In this document: positions 1-9,089 of the stretch, one piece after another | How the letters are laid out: every line of letters begins with the position of its first letter | Position numbering within the stretch: position 1 is the stretch's first letter | Source of the DNA: a virus | IMG/VR virus record: IMGVR_UViG_3300020473_000023 | Location: 42,285 to 106,284 of that record | Reading direction: 5' to 3' (one strand) | DNA length: 64,000 nucleotides | Position numbers and translations under genes: made by a program | Notes under the pieces: model-generated | Databases searched by the model: none | What the model saw: the letters and a program-made list of their open reading frames with translations, nothing else | Told to the model about the DNA's origin: nothing

Positions 1-80
1 ATTTGCTCGACAATTTGAACCGGTGCTATTTTTTGGCTTTTGTTAATTAAGAGATATAAAATTTGACCAACATCATACAC
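1..80 (-). CDS. hypothetical protein, 5' part only (runs off window start)
   Basis: GTG at 80 preceded by GGAG; reads MYDVGQILYLLINKSQKIAPVQIVEQ open to base 1. Confidence 0.55.
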   Translation of the reverse strand, partial: MYDVGQILYLLINKSQKIAPVQIVEQ

Positions 81-127
81 TTGAATTCTCCGACTAGAAA
101 AGATACACTACAGAACAGAAAAAGTAT

Positions 128-156
128 AAAAAAATAGGAGACCTTTCGGCCTCCTA
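128..156 (-). terminator. rho-independent terminator
   Basis: minus strand TAGGAGGCC-GAAA-GGTCTCCTA hairpin followed by T7, just after the 180..377 stop. Confidence 0.85.
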
Positions 157-179
157 GTTTTAAACTATAGAAAAATAAA

Positions 180-377
180 TCACCGCTTTAAGCTATTGAG
201 ATATTCTTCTATATCACCCGTAAGGACAAGAAAGGTCTCCTTCCCGCCGGATTGTTTTGTATATGGTGATAAGTTAAGTCTCATTAACTCATCTCTTAGG
301 CGATGCTCTTCTCTGTATCCGCCATATGTGGTATAAATCTGTACTAACCGCTCAATAACGGAAGGATGTAGCTGCAT
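180..377 (-). CDS. hypothetical protein
   Basis: 65 aa ORF with AGGAG RBS, packed in operon. Confidence 0.7.
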   Translation of the reverse strand: MQLHPSVIERLVQIYTTYGGYREEHRLRDELMRLNLSPYTKQSGGKETFLVLTGDIEEYLNSLKR

Positions 378-389
378 TATTTCTCCTGG

Positions 390-998
390 CTATTTAAACC
401 CGATTCCAAGTCCCGCAACAGCAACCTGTCCAGGCTTGCTGTGTTGAGGCTTATTATCACCGTACATCCAGTTTCTTGTAGTGTATAGGCCGCCGTCACC
501 CATTTCTTCAACTATGCTACCAATCTCTTTTCTAATGGCATCTCTAAGTTGATTTTCTTCCTGCAACCTCTTGCTTGACAAGTTGTTTCGCTTAGCTCGC
601 TCTTTCTTCATTCTAGAAATCTCTCTTCGAAGCATAGACTCATTAATCTCAACCATCTCTTCCATCGGGCCGCCAAGCTCTTCATCGGTGATGGCGTCAT
701 AGTCCTGCTCCTCAACTGGGGCGAGCGAATCGAGGGCTTCCGCGTCTTCATCACTCATCGTCATCTCATCACCGCCTCCTGGAGGATCATCAAGTTCTCC
801 CATGGCGAATGGGTTGTTATCTTCATCGCCGCCCTCTGGAGGCTCGTCAAGCTCATTCAGGTCTCCTGAATACCAATCAACTCCCTCATCATGGCCCTCA
901 TCATGTCGGCTTTGATTTCCTGACTCATTTAGTGATCTTCTGTCTGAAGAAGTAGAAATTCCAGCAAGCTTTGCTAGTCTATTGGCATTGAAACGCAT
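390..998 (-). CDS. acidic hypothetical protein, probable virion head/internal protein
   Basis: AGGAG RBS; RLAKLAGI N-terminus, D/E-rich middle, INESMLRREI and EENQLRDAIRKEI motifs; ATATTTAA upstream. Confidence 0.75.
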   Translation of the reverse strand: MRFNANRLAKLAGISTSSDRRSLNESGNQSRHDEGHDEGVDWYSGDLNELDEPPEGGDEDNNPFAMGELDDPPGGGDEMTMSDEDAEALDSLAPVEEQDYDAITDEELGGPMEEMVEINESMLRREISRMKKERAKRNNLSSKRLQEENQLRDAIRKEIGSIVEEMGDGGLYTTRNWMYGDNKPQHSKPGQVAVAGLGIGFK

Positions 999-1020
999 GA
1001 TAAATCTCCTATACGCTGAA

Positions 1021-1028
1021 TTAAATAT
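1021..1028 (-). promoter_or_regulatory. putative late promoter ATANTTA(T/A)
   Basis: ATATTTAA upstream of 390..998; same motif recurs before other structural-like genes. Confidence 0.5.
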
Positions 1029-1046
1029 TTCACAACTTTAGAAAAT

Positions 1047-1433
1047 TCAATCAACTTTTATATGTTCTTGCTCTGTAGTTTCAGCTTCTAGGTTATTTCT
1101 AACCCTCCCGGTTATTGCAGAACCCTTTGCGGCAGCAACTCCAAGCGGCTCTAATCCCAGAGCGCCTCTAACAATATCGTAAATTGAAGGAGAAAGCTTA
1201 TCTTTAAGAACAGCCATGTCTGCGTATTGGTGAAGATCCCACTCATATACGGGAACCTCTTCGCCCTCCAGCCCCGGTTCGTAATTTCCACTAGCACGAC
1301 TTTCAAATATAAATAGCATTCTGGGCATATCTTCACCCAGTGGAACCATTATAAAGGGTATCTGGGAAGATACACCCTCCTGAGACTCTTCATACATGAT
1401 CTCAGGAAACCAATTAGAAACTTTTTCTGTCAT
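1047..1433 (-). CDS. hypothetical protein
   Basis: 128 aa ORF with GGAGG RBS. Confidence 0.75.
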   Translation of the reverse strand: MTEKVSNWFPEIMYEESQEGVSSQIPFIMVPLGEDMPRMLFIFESRASGNYEPGLEGEEVPVYEWDLHQYADMAVLKDKLSPSIYDIVRGALGLEPLGVAAAKGSAITGRVRNNLEAETTEQEHIKVD

Positions 1434-1497
1434 AGCAAACCTCCGCTAATATGTGTATTATGCCACAATTAAATCCAAAAGTTTATATTATATTTCT

Positions 1498-2667
1498 CTA
1501 TAAAGCCGGCTCTGCTTCAAGGGGTCGAATTTGCTGCAGTGTTTCTTCATAGATTGGCTTTATTGCTACTAGGATTGCCTCTTGGACTTCGGGTGAATCA
1601 GAGGAAGTCTCGCTTACAATTCTATCAAGAGACCCCCCGATAACACCAGAAAAAATATCTGGAATTAAAACCCTTATTTGAGAAAATAAATCCTCAGACC
1701 CTGCCTGAATATCTTCGACAGTAACGTTTTCTCCAGTAATCTTTTTCACTCTTTGAGCAAGGACTTGCGGGGTAAAAGACCCTGATTCTCCGGGTTTTCC
1801 CATAAGAGAAGAAAGGCTTATAGCAAGTGAATTTAAATCTTGAGAAGACATGGCATCACGATACATTACCAATAGATTGTCCATGTCTAATCTGGCAGAA
1901 TTTGACAATTCAGAAACTACTTCTGGAACCTGTGACACATCAATCTGTGGCAGCACTTCTTGAGCTGGGTCAGGAAGTTCACCCAATCCATCATCAGGCT
2001 CTTGAAGGTCATCAATCTCTGGATCAACCTCAACGACTTCAGGATCTATTTGACTCTGATCAATGGGCTCTAGATCGACAAGAGGCTCATCTTCTAAGGG
2101 TGTAGCCAAGATAGTTTCTTGTGCCTCTTCCTCTTCCTCTGCAGCCGCCTCAATCGCATCGTCAACTATTTTATCTGCCTCTGCCTCTTCTCCAGCCCTA
2201 GCCTCATCTGCCTCTAATAAAAAATCAAGCGACATATTTTCAAGACTGAACGTATCAAGTGAATAGTGAATGCTTTCTGTTGCAAGGCCAGTTGTCTGAA
2301 GAATTCCTGGACGCTGCTGCGTACGCCCGAGAAAACCTCGTGCCTTTCTAAGTGTTGTAGCTTGATTGGTCACGATGCTTTCATAATCCGGAGTCCCACC
2401 CCCAAGAAGTCCCTTCATCCCTTCAGCACCTATCTTAAATACTGATTCAGCTCCCTTGTAGGCAGCAACACCAGCGTAAGCAAGAGATGAGACAACACCT
2501 ATGGCATGCCCTATTATCTTCTTAACAGAACCTATCCACCCAATAACGTCAGGCATAGTACCCACACCGACAGACTGACCGGCACGTCGGACGTCTCCTC
2601 GATCTTTTCGTTCAGCAATTAAAGACTCTCTAATAAACTGACGGATTAATTTTTCATTTGAGCTCAC
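1498..2667 (-). CDS. acidic hypothetical protein, probable virion protein
   Basis: long ORF; probable GTG start at 2667 after GGGAG; EKLIRQFIRESL motif; E/D/P-rich centre. Confidence 0.75.
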   Translation of the reverse strand: MSSNEKLIRQFIRESLIAERKDRGDVRRAGQSVGVGTMPDVIGWIGSVKKIIGHAIGVVSSLAYAGVAAYKGAESVFKIGAEGMKGLLGGGTPDYESIVTNQATTLRKARGFLGRTQQRPGILQTTGLATESIHYSLDTFSLENMSLDFLLEADEARAGEEAEADKIVDDAIEAAAEEEEEAQETILATPLEDEPLVDLEPIDQSQIDPEVVEVDPEIDDLQEPDDGLGELPDPAQEVLPQIDVSQVPEVVSELSNSARLDMDNLLVMYRDAMSSQDLNSLAISLSSLMGKPGESGSFTPQVLAQRVKKITGENVTVEDIQAGSEDLFSQIRVLIPDIFSGVIGGSLDRIVSETSSDSPEVQEAILVAIKPIYEETLQQIRPLEAEPAL

Positions 2668-2923
2668 CAAACAACTCCCTTCTCTCAGCAAGTGTTCTTA
2701 GGACAAGCCTAACACCTGTTAGATCATGATAATAATTAATCAGCTCCTGCTCAAAATTATTAAGCCACTGCTCCTTTGTCTTAGGGTCTCTGGTGGAAAA
2801 ATTCTTTCTAAGCCCTGAGGGTATTCCAAGCATGATCTGCTTCTTAATCATAACCCAGTCATCCATGTCGCCCGCGTAAGATGACACAAATTCAACTTGC
2901 TCCCTGATCCTGTCAGGAATCAT
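2654..2923 (-). CDS. hypothetical protein
   Basis: 89 aa ORF with ATGA overlap with the upstream gene. Confidence 0.7.
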   Translation of the reverse strand: MIPDRIREQVEFVSSYAGDMDDWVMIKKQIMLGIPSGLRKNFSTRDPKTKEQWLNNFEQELINYYHDLTGVRLVLRTLAERRELFGELK

Positions 2924-4395
2924 CTATTCATTCCCAGCAAGAGCATCTCTCTGACGAACTCTCTTAGGAGCGATTCCCGAATCTTATCATACATGACAAA
3001 TCCACTTTCTTGCCCTTGGGGCGACATCTGAACATCTCCAATTGTAATATCTTCCTTGTTAACAGCCCTAGCTGGATCAAGCATAACAGCAGCTTTTGCC
3101 CTATCTGCTATCACGATTTGAAATCTAAGGCCCATTATCGGCTTGACGGGAGATGATTCCGAGTCTCCAGCGGGAGGTGAAAGATATTTCTTAGGCCTTC
3201 CTGCAGAACCGGTTATAATTACTGTAGGTTTCTCATTTGGAGAGAGGTCATCAATAGAAGAGTAGACAGATCCAGGTATAGTGAGTGTTTTTGTGGATGG
3301 GTCCCATTCTCCTACGGGCTCATCGGCGTAATAGTCTCCTTTAAGGACAAGGTCTGCTCTATTTTCTCCAGACCCAAAGACAGCATGCTCCATAAACTCA
3401 GGACCCAAATACTCATCTGGAACTGTAAAGTTGGTTCTAATCTGTTGACCATCCTTTTCAACAACCATCTTAGAGCCCGCTTGATTTGGACCTGCTCCAA
3501 CTATCTTTGCTATTCCCCCACCGTCAACCTCGACTCCAGAACCTTCCAGGGCCTGAAGGAGCGGGCTTAGCAGGGGAAAGGACATGTCCGCAGAGAGCCA
3601 GTGACCAGCATTTATCATTTTCATGCTGACACCTATCTCACTCTCACCTCCGTTGTACACAATGTCGACATCACTCTTTGAGGTAACTCCGCCCTTCTTT
3701 TCTGTTCCGGCAGCCTTGGCGCTAATAACTCCCTTAAGTGACGTATTATTCTTGCCTTTCCGATCCAGAAAGACAACAGTTAAAGGATAATCTCGACCGA
3801 GATCCGACTCATACGGGGGAAGCCCTTGCACAGCAAGATTTATGTCATCAGTGACTCTTTCTTCGCTTATAATCCCTAGAGACTTCGAGCCTCCTGCCCC
3901 TTGGACCTTAAATGCAAGTTTTTGATGAGGTGTAATGTCATCTTTCCCTGTCTTTGTAAACTGGCCAAGAGATTTAACAAACTCAATTGGACCAAGGCCC
4001 TGTGGGCCTTGCATGACCTGAACTTTTATTCCTTGATTTTTCACCATTTTCTGGAGAGCCTGAGCCCCTGACTCTCTCTGCTCCTGGTCTTTTCCAGAAA
4101 TTAGTGAGAGGTTCTCAAGAAATGTAATTATCTCTCGATTGTGTGGATCATCTTTGAGAATTATACCTTGAATAAATTCTTCTGGATAAAGATCTCCGTC
4201 AATGGAAGCTTCTTTGCGAACGCTAATTGTAAAGTAGTCGCCTGTTCGGATCTTCTCCAGCATTATTAAAAATCTATCAGGCCTACCGGCACTGCTCTTT
4301 GGCTTTGATAGCTCTCCAGCAGTCAGCCCGACCCGATTGGCTTCTAGAAAAAGCTCTCTTATGTACTGTCTAAGAAGTGACTCAGAAATCATCAT
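2920..4395 (-). CDS. hypothetical protein with possible PD-(D/E)xK (K-x-D...S-x-K) nuclease-like motif
   Basis: 491 aa; SKSDVDIV...GVSMKM; ESLLRxxIRE-type motif at both termini. Confidence 0.6.
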   Translation of the reverse strand: MMISESLLRQYIRELFLEANRVGLTAGELSKPKSSAGRPDRFLIMLEKIRTGDYFTISVRKEASIDGDLYPEEFIQGIILKDDPHNREIITFLENLSLISGKDQEQRESGAQALQKMVKNQGIKVQVMQGPQGLGPIEFVKSLGQFTKTGKDDITPHQKLAFKVQGAGGSKSLGIISEERVTDDINLAVQGLPPYESDLGRDYPLTVVFLDRKGKNNTSLKGVISAKAAGTEKKGGVTSKSDVDIVYNGGESEIGVSMKMINAGHWLSADMSFPLLSPLLQALEGSGVEVDGGGIAKIVGAGPNQAGSKMVVEKDGQQIRTNFTVPDEYLGPEFMEHAVFGSGENRADLVLKGDYYADEPVGEWDPSTKTLTIPGSVYSSIDDLSPNEKPTVIITGSAGRPKKYLSPPAGDSESSPVKPIMGLRFQIVIADRAKAAVMLDPARAVNKEDITIGDVQMSPQGQESGFVMYDKIRESLLREFVREMLLLGMNR

Positions 4396-4431
4396 TATTG
4401 TATACCTGATTATCTAGTATACATATTCACT

Positions 4432-5241
4432 CTAAGACGTTCTTAATAGCGACTCATTAATATAGTTAGTCGCCCGTAGAGCCTCTCTGGGCATCTTTGA
4501 CTCATAGTCTGCAATGTAATTCATGCCCGTTGCACCTGTGACTCTGTCGCTGAATTCACGCAAAACAGGCCTAATTCGTGCGTCCTTTACACAGTAGTTA
4601 ACGAGACCCTTAAAGGTTCGGACATCTTCAGGTTGCGCCTTAAGCTTAAGGACCTTCATGATGTGCCGTGGACAGGTGATTCTACGCTCTAGAATCGGAC
4701 CCCTGCCTCGCTTAATCATCATCCCACCTGGATAGGCTATGGTAATCTTAACATCCTCTCCTGAAGATTCAGTAATCTCTCTAGATCGATCCTTAGCAAT
4801 CAGGCTAAGTAGAAGGTTTCTAAAGACACCCTTTACCTGGCCTCCCGACATAAGCCACGCAGTTCCGGAAGGATCTTGGCTTGTCATCACATCTATCTGA
4901 ACATGTTCATTTAATTGGGTGCCTCTAATTGGGTACCTGACTGAGACAATTGATCCAACCTTCTTAACTTGGTCTAGACCGAGAGACTCAGATAGATATT
5001 CAAACACCTCATGCTTAAAGTATTTTGGATCTAGATCTCCGCAGCCTACGACCACATCCATGTCACCCAGAAGCTGTGATGTTGATCTACTGTCTGTGCT
5101 TCCCAGTGGGTGGCACTCAGTTATTCCAAGCTGACTAAGGTAGTCATCCCTAAATGAGCATAGCGTCTCTTCAACGTTCTCTCGCCTAATCATTGTAACA
5201 GTTGGATTTCCAAAAGCGTCCCTAAAAACCTTACCACCCAT
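4432..5241 (-). CDS. DNA polymerase beta-superfamily nucleotidyltransferase
   Basis: LGS...GDMDVVV and VQIDVM acidic triad; start re-called at ATG 5241 (MGGKVF) with GAGGA RBS. Confidence 0.75.
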   Translation of the reverse strand: MGGKVFRDAFGNPTVTMIRRENVEETLCSFRDDYLSQLGITECHPLGSTDSRSTSQLLGDMDVVVGCGDLDPKYFKHEVFEYLSESLGLDQVKKVGSIVSVRYPIRGTQLNEHVQIDVMTSQDPSGTAWLMSGGQVKGVFRNLLLSLIAKDRSREITESSGEDVKITIAYPGGMMIKRGRGPILERRITCPRHIMKVLKLKAQPEDVRTFKGLVNYCVKDARIRPVLREFSDRVTGATGMNYIADYESKMPREALRATNYINESLLRTS

Positions 5242-6466
5242 GCCAGTAATCCTCTTCAAAAAATGTCTTTGTCCAGTAGGTCTTCTTGGCAAAAGTTATG
5301 GGATCTTTGCCATAGGAAAATAGGGCATTCAATCTATTGACCGGTGTGAACATGCCTACAAGTTTGGTCTCCCTTCCCTTCCACTCAAATACAAAACCCT
5401 CTGTGGATTTTTCAATTAAATCCTCATTGGTCTCAATGCACTTAAGAAGAATTCTAACCTCATCTATCTGATCAACTGTTCCTATCAGGCGACTATTAAC
5501 GAATGCCTCTCTGATAATTGTCATCCCTTTCTTAATCTGATCTGGGGGGTATGCTTCCAGCTTAAAGTCAATGGGTCTAAGAGTGATAGCGCCTATCTTC
5601 TGAATGGCATTATCAAATGGGATTCGGGCCTCTGCGACAATAAGCCTTCCTTTCTTTTGTAATTTTTTAAACTGATCCCAGGAGCCTGGCCTGCCATACT
5701 GCTTAAACTTTCCAGCAATCGGACCCTTGTTAAAGACGAGTCTTTTCGCTGCATCTCTTCTGATCTCAGGTGGAATAAAGGCGTACTTGGAGATGTGGGA
5801 CTCAACTAGAGAAACCACAAGATCTCCAATTGTGTGGTCGTCATTCAAATTATGCTCGACAAGAATCCCGCCGAGTTCGTCACAAATATCTATAATTTCT
5901 TGAAAAGATACGTCGGGCTTTTTAAGATCGACCTTATGTGGATGTCTAATGGGTATTGTTGTAGACGTTCTTGCGGCATCGGAGAGAAGCGCCCTATAGT
6001 TGTCATTGTCAACCTTGGCATCTCTCTCAAGATCCCACCCTTGAATAAAGTAAATTCCCGAGTCCTTATAGGGAATAGTGTTCATATTTTTTGGATCTAT
6101 TAGTGCAGTCTCAACAACAACAGTTCCATCTTTAAAGAATCCAGCGTGCCTCCTTGCAACATCTTTTAGGGAGGAATATGCATTTAGATACGCACGCCTT
6201 ACGCTTTCTTTCTCTTCAATATCGTATTTTTCACAAATCCCGCGCTCATTAAGGCCACCTGACCTGATCGAGGAGAGAGTCACGCCCTTGAAGAAAAACC
6301 TGAGTTCACCGTTTATGACGGTGAATGTAAGGTTTTGTCCATCCATTTTTTCAACTGGATTCTTAATCAACCGGGTGTCTGCAGTAAAAAATGCATCAAT
6401 CATTTCAAACAAATCACCAATTGGAAGATCTGTAAGCTCATAAATATTTTTAATATGTCCTCTCAT
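5231..6466 (-). CDS. RNA-ligase-like covalent nucleotidyltransferase
   Basis: motif I EKMDGQN, motif IV EGFV, motif V KLVG. Confidence 0.7.
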   Translation of the reverse strand: MRGHIKNIYELTDLPIGDLFEMIDAFFTADTRLIKNPVEKMDGQNLTFTVINGELRFFFKGVTLSSIRSGGLNERGICEKYDIEEKESVRRAYLNAYSSLKDVARRHAGFFKDGTVVVETALIDPKNMNTIPYKDSGIYFIQGWDLERDAKVDNDNYRALLSDAARTSTTIPIRHPHKVDLKKPDVSFQEIIDICDELGGILVEHNLNDDHTIGDLVVSLVESHISKYAFIPPEIRRDAAKRLVFNKGPIAGKFKQYGRPGSWDQFKKLQKKGRLIVAEARIPFDNAIQKIGAITLRPIDFKLEAYPPDQIKKGMTIIREAFVNSRLIGTVDQIDEVRILLKCIETNEDLIEKSTEGFVFEWKGRETKLVGMFTPVNRLNALFSYGKDPITFAKKTYWTKTFFEEDYWHGW

Positions 6467-7117
6467 CTAACCTCCGCAAAGCACTTTTAAAAATTCATCA
6501 GAAGACCTAATTCCATTATAATTAGTTTCAAACAGGAATGAAGGTACATAGTTTTTAACTGATTCTACATCTTTTTTAAGAACAGCCCTTCTTATAGCTG
6601 AGCCCCTGACCTTTACAAGATCTTCTATTTTCTTATTAGACAGAGTAGGGTAAAAATTTTTCATTGACATGGTCAATCTTTCAATATCTCCAGATGTAAA
6701 GAAAAGTCTATTATCCGACACAAGATTTCCAAAATACTTCTCTTCAAGGGGAGTTCCAATATATTTGGTAAACCTATGCTCATCATCCTCACCTGAATAT
6801 ACAGTTAACAGGTCGTTGCTATTTTTATCATTTTTAATTCTTTCAATTAGAAAAAATATCTCAACGAGAGGATTGGGAACACCTTTCTTAACAATGATCC
6901 TGTCTCCAAACATTTCATCTAATGAAGACTTAACAATATTAAAGATTCTCTCAGCCATCTCTTCTGTATAGAGAAAGTCCGAGTTTTTCTTTCTAGGTGA
7001 AACACCATAAAATAAATAAGTTATATCATTGTCATCCAGAGATAAAGATATTTTTGAAAAATGACCCGTTGTGAAAGGCTTGAACCCGCCTCCAAAGACA
7101 CCTATTTTCATTTTCAC
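6467..7117 (-). CDS. HIGH-superfamily cytidylyl/adenylyltransferase-like protein
   Basis: IGVFGGGFKPFTTGH N-terminal motif and VRGSAIR (SSTxIR-like) motif. Confidence 0.8.
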   Translation of the reverse strand: MKMKIGVFGGGFKPFTTGHFSKISLSLDDNDITYLFYGVSPRKKNSDFLYTEEMAERIFNIVKSSLDEMFGDRIIVKKGVPNPLVEIFFLIERIKNDKNSNDLLTVYSGEDDEHRFTKYIGTPLEEKYFGNLVSDNRLFFTSGDIERLTMSMKNFYPTLSNKKIEDLVKVRGSAIRRAVLKKDVESVKNYVPSFLFETNYNGIRSSDEFLKVLCGG

Positions 7118-7128
7118 ACCAGTATTTA

Positions 7129-7347
7129 TTAATCGTTCTTTTCTTCCAGCTCTCTTTCTGCCTTGTCAATTGCGCCCTTAAAAGAAGAATAGACAAATGA
7201 CCTTAGTTCATCATCTGTTATCTCTCTAAACTCAGAGATCTTCATTGACTTTCTAACAATATTATAAAATTCAGGCGTGCAATCTATCTCAAGATTTCCG
7301 CCATTTCGTAGCTTAATAGTTCTTTTTTCCATAAGCTTATTATACAA
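7129..7347 (-). CDS. hypothetical protein
   Basis: short ORF; true start probably MEKRTI downstream of the promoter. Confidence 0.65.
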   Translation of the reverse strand: MYNKLMEKRTIKLRNGGNLEIDCTPEFYNIVRKSMKISEFREITDDELRSFVYSSFKGAIDKAERELEEKND

Positions 7348-7366
7348 TATACTGTGCTATTTTACA
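7339..7366 (-). promoter_or_regulatory. putative sigma70-like early/middle promoter
   Basis: TGTAAA-N16-TATAAT. Confidence 0.6.
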
Positions 7367-7384
7367 TGAGTACGGCTTATAAAC

Positions 7385-8083
7385 CTAATTTCTCATCAGC
7401 TGCTTCAGCCGAGATCTAACTTCTGAAAGGTCTTGGCCGGCGCCCGCTTTAATTGGTGGAGATGTATCTTCTTCTCCCGGGGCAGGCTCTTCTTCTCTCC
7501 GATCTTCTTCGGGCTCTTCTTCAGATCCATCTGATTCTCCGCTAGATACATCAATAGAGGCTGGGGGTTCGGAGGGATCCTGGGCTTCTGTTCCTGAAAC
7601 TTGACTTCGCATGAGTTGGTCAACTGTAGCTAGATATCCGAGAAGAAGCTCTTTCTCACTATCATCTAGTCGGTCAAGCCACGCTTCCATGTCCTGCTTT
7701 ACTTCCTTTCCTTTGAGAGAGGGTGCAGCTCGAATATCATTAATCTGATCTCTGATCTTGTAATATGTTACGTCTGGAGATGTTTCAATCTGTTCTTCCT
7801 CGTCGCCTGCGGGCTCGGGTTCTCCCCCTTCTTCATCTCCTTCAGGCTCGGAGAGATCTGAGCCTTCTTCGTCAGCGGGAGGGTCTTCCCCTTCATCTTC
7901 TTCACCCGCTTCCTCTTCTTCCTGCTCTGATATCTCTCCGTACTTTCTAAGATCGTCTTGGATTCTTTTTGACATCGCCTCTTGGCGCTGTTTGAGAACA
8001 CCCTCCCTGCCTTCGCTCTCTTCTTGAAGAATTGTTAAGAAACTCTCAAGTTGAGATGCATTCCCTATTCTAAAGATGCTCAC
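7385..8083 (-). CDS. very acidic hypothetical protein (scaffold/internal-protein-like)
   Basis: 232 aa with long E/D/G/P tracts; GTGA overlap with the upstream gene. Confidence 0.75.
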   Translation of the reverse strand: MSIFRIGNASQLESFLTILQEESEGREGVLKQRQEAMSKRIQDDLRKYGEISEQEEEEAGEEDEGEDPPADEEGSDLSEPEGDEEGGEPEPAGDEEEQIETSPDVTYYKIRDQINDIRAAPSLKGKEVKQDMEAWLDRLDDSEKELLLGYLATVDQLMRSQVSGTEAQDPSEPPASIDVSSGESDGSEEEPEEDRREEEPAPGEEDTSPPIKAGAGQDLSEVRSRLKQLMRN

Positions 8084-8274
8084 TTCTTTCTCCCATACTT
8101 AATGGTATTTTGCCATCTCTCCCTATAGAGCTTATTATACCTTCTCTGGGGTGTTTCCTCAATTTTTTCAAGATCTTCCTTTGGCATTTGCTTAGCAGCA
8201 TTTTCTCTCTTAACGATATCCTTGATAAACTTATCAAACTTAAACTTGCTCATTTTTTCTGCCCTCCAAGACAT
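8080..8274 (-). CDS. hypothetical protein
   Basis: short basic ORF; start possibly at 8253 (MSKFKF) after GGAGG. Confidence 0.6.
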   Translation of the reverse strand: MSWRAEKMSKFKFDKFIKDIVKRENAAKQMPKEDLEKIEETPQRRYNKLYRERWQNTIKYGRKK

Positions 8275-8285
8275 TATTAACTATT

Positions 8286-8639
8286 TCAATCAAGACAAAT
8301 AGTCAACTCAACATTGTGATCATATGAAGATAAATTTACCTTAACGCCTGTGTTTTCTAAATTAATTTTCTCAAAGCTTAGCAAATTTAAGTCACCATGC
8401 TTAACGTACAGTGATCCTTTAAGATTGCCTCTCACAAGAAGCTTAACAAGCTCTGTTGTTGAATTAAATGAAATTTTAACTTTTTTTTCTGCTCTTGCAA
8501 ATTCATTAATTTCAAATGAAAATGCTCTGTTGTCAATAAAGATCTGACCAATGAACAAAGTGCTAGCGTCAGTTGCATCTCCAGATAAACATCTTGGATC
8601 AATCTTTCCTACAAGAGAGTCGCTCATCATAACAGTCAT
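8286..8639 (-). CDS. hypothetical protein
   Basis: 117 aa ORF, ATGA coupling with the upstream gene, GAGGA RBS. Confidence 0.7.
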   Translation of the reverse strand: MTVMMSDSLVGKIDPRCLSGDATDASTLFIGQIFIDNRAFSFEINEFARAEKKVKISFNSTTELVKLLVRGNLKGSLYVKHGDLNLLSFEKINLENTGVKVNLSSYDHNVELTICLD

Positions 8640-9064
8640 AGCTGATCCTCACCTTGCTGGTCGGAAATATAAAAGTCTTGAATATCTCTGTATAAATTGT
8701 CACAAAAGCCAGCCAGCTCTTTATCCAGCTCTGTAACCTCATTAACATTATGTGTATAAGTTTCAATCTTAACATCGCTACCTTCGATAATAATTCTGGC
8801 ATGATGTCCCATTTCCTCTTGCTCAAAGATTAAGTGTGTCACAAAATCTTTTACCATTCTAGGATCGTTAAAGGAAAACACCCGAGTTAATCTTTCAACC
8901 TCGCCGTCGCTTACAACCATCCACTCAGACCTGCTAACAGCAACAGGAAGCTCTCCGATCACACCGGGAGAAAGATTTCCTAAAATTGAATCTATTCCTT
9001 TCATTTTCATATCACTCTCCTCCTGCAAGATTGACCTTCCAACAACTTCTAAGAGTGACTGCAT
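8636..9064 (-). CDS. phhB: pterin-4-alpha-carbinolamine dehydratase with N-terminal extension
   Basis: LTRVFSF...EEMGHHA...YTHNVNEVTELDKELA matches the PCD signature. Confidence 0.8.
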   Translation of the reverse strand: MQSLLEVVGRSILQEESDMKMKGIDSILGNLSPGVIGELPVAVSRSEWMVVSDGEVERLTRVFSFNDPRMVKDFVTHLIFEQEEMGHHARIIIEGSDVKIETYTHNVNEVTELDKELAGFCDNLYRDIQDFYISDQQGEDQL

Positions 9065-9089
9065 TAGAATATCCCCTGTAGTATTATAC

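Noticed and set aside
5231-5292. 62-bp overlap suggesting a frameshift fusion of the ligase-like and Pol-beta genes
   Set aside because: An ATG at 5241 with a GAGGA RBS reduces it to an ordinary 11-bp coupled overlap
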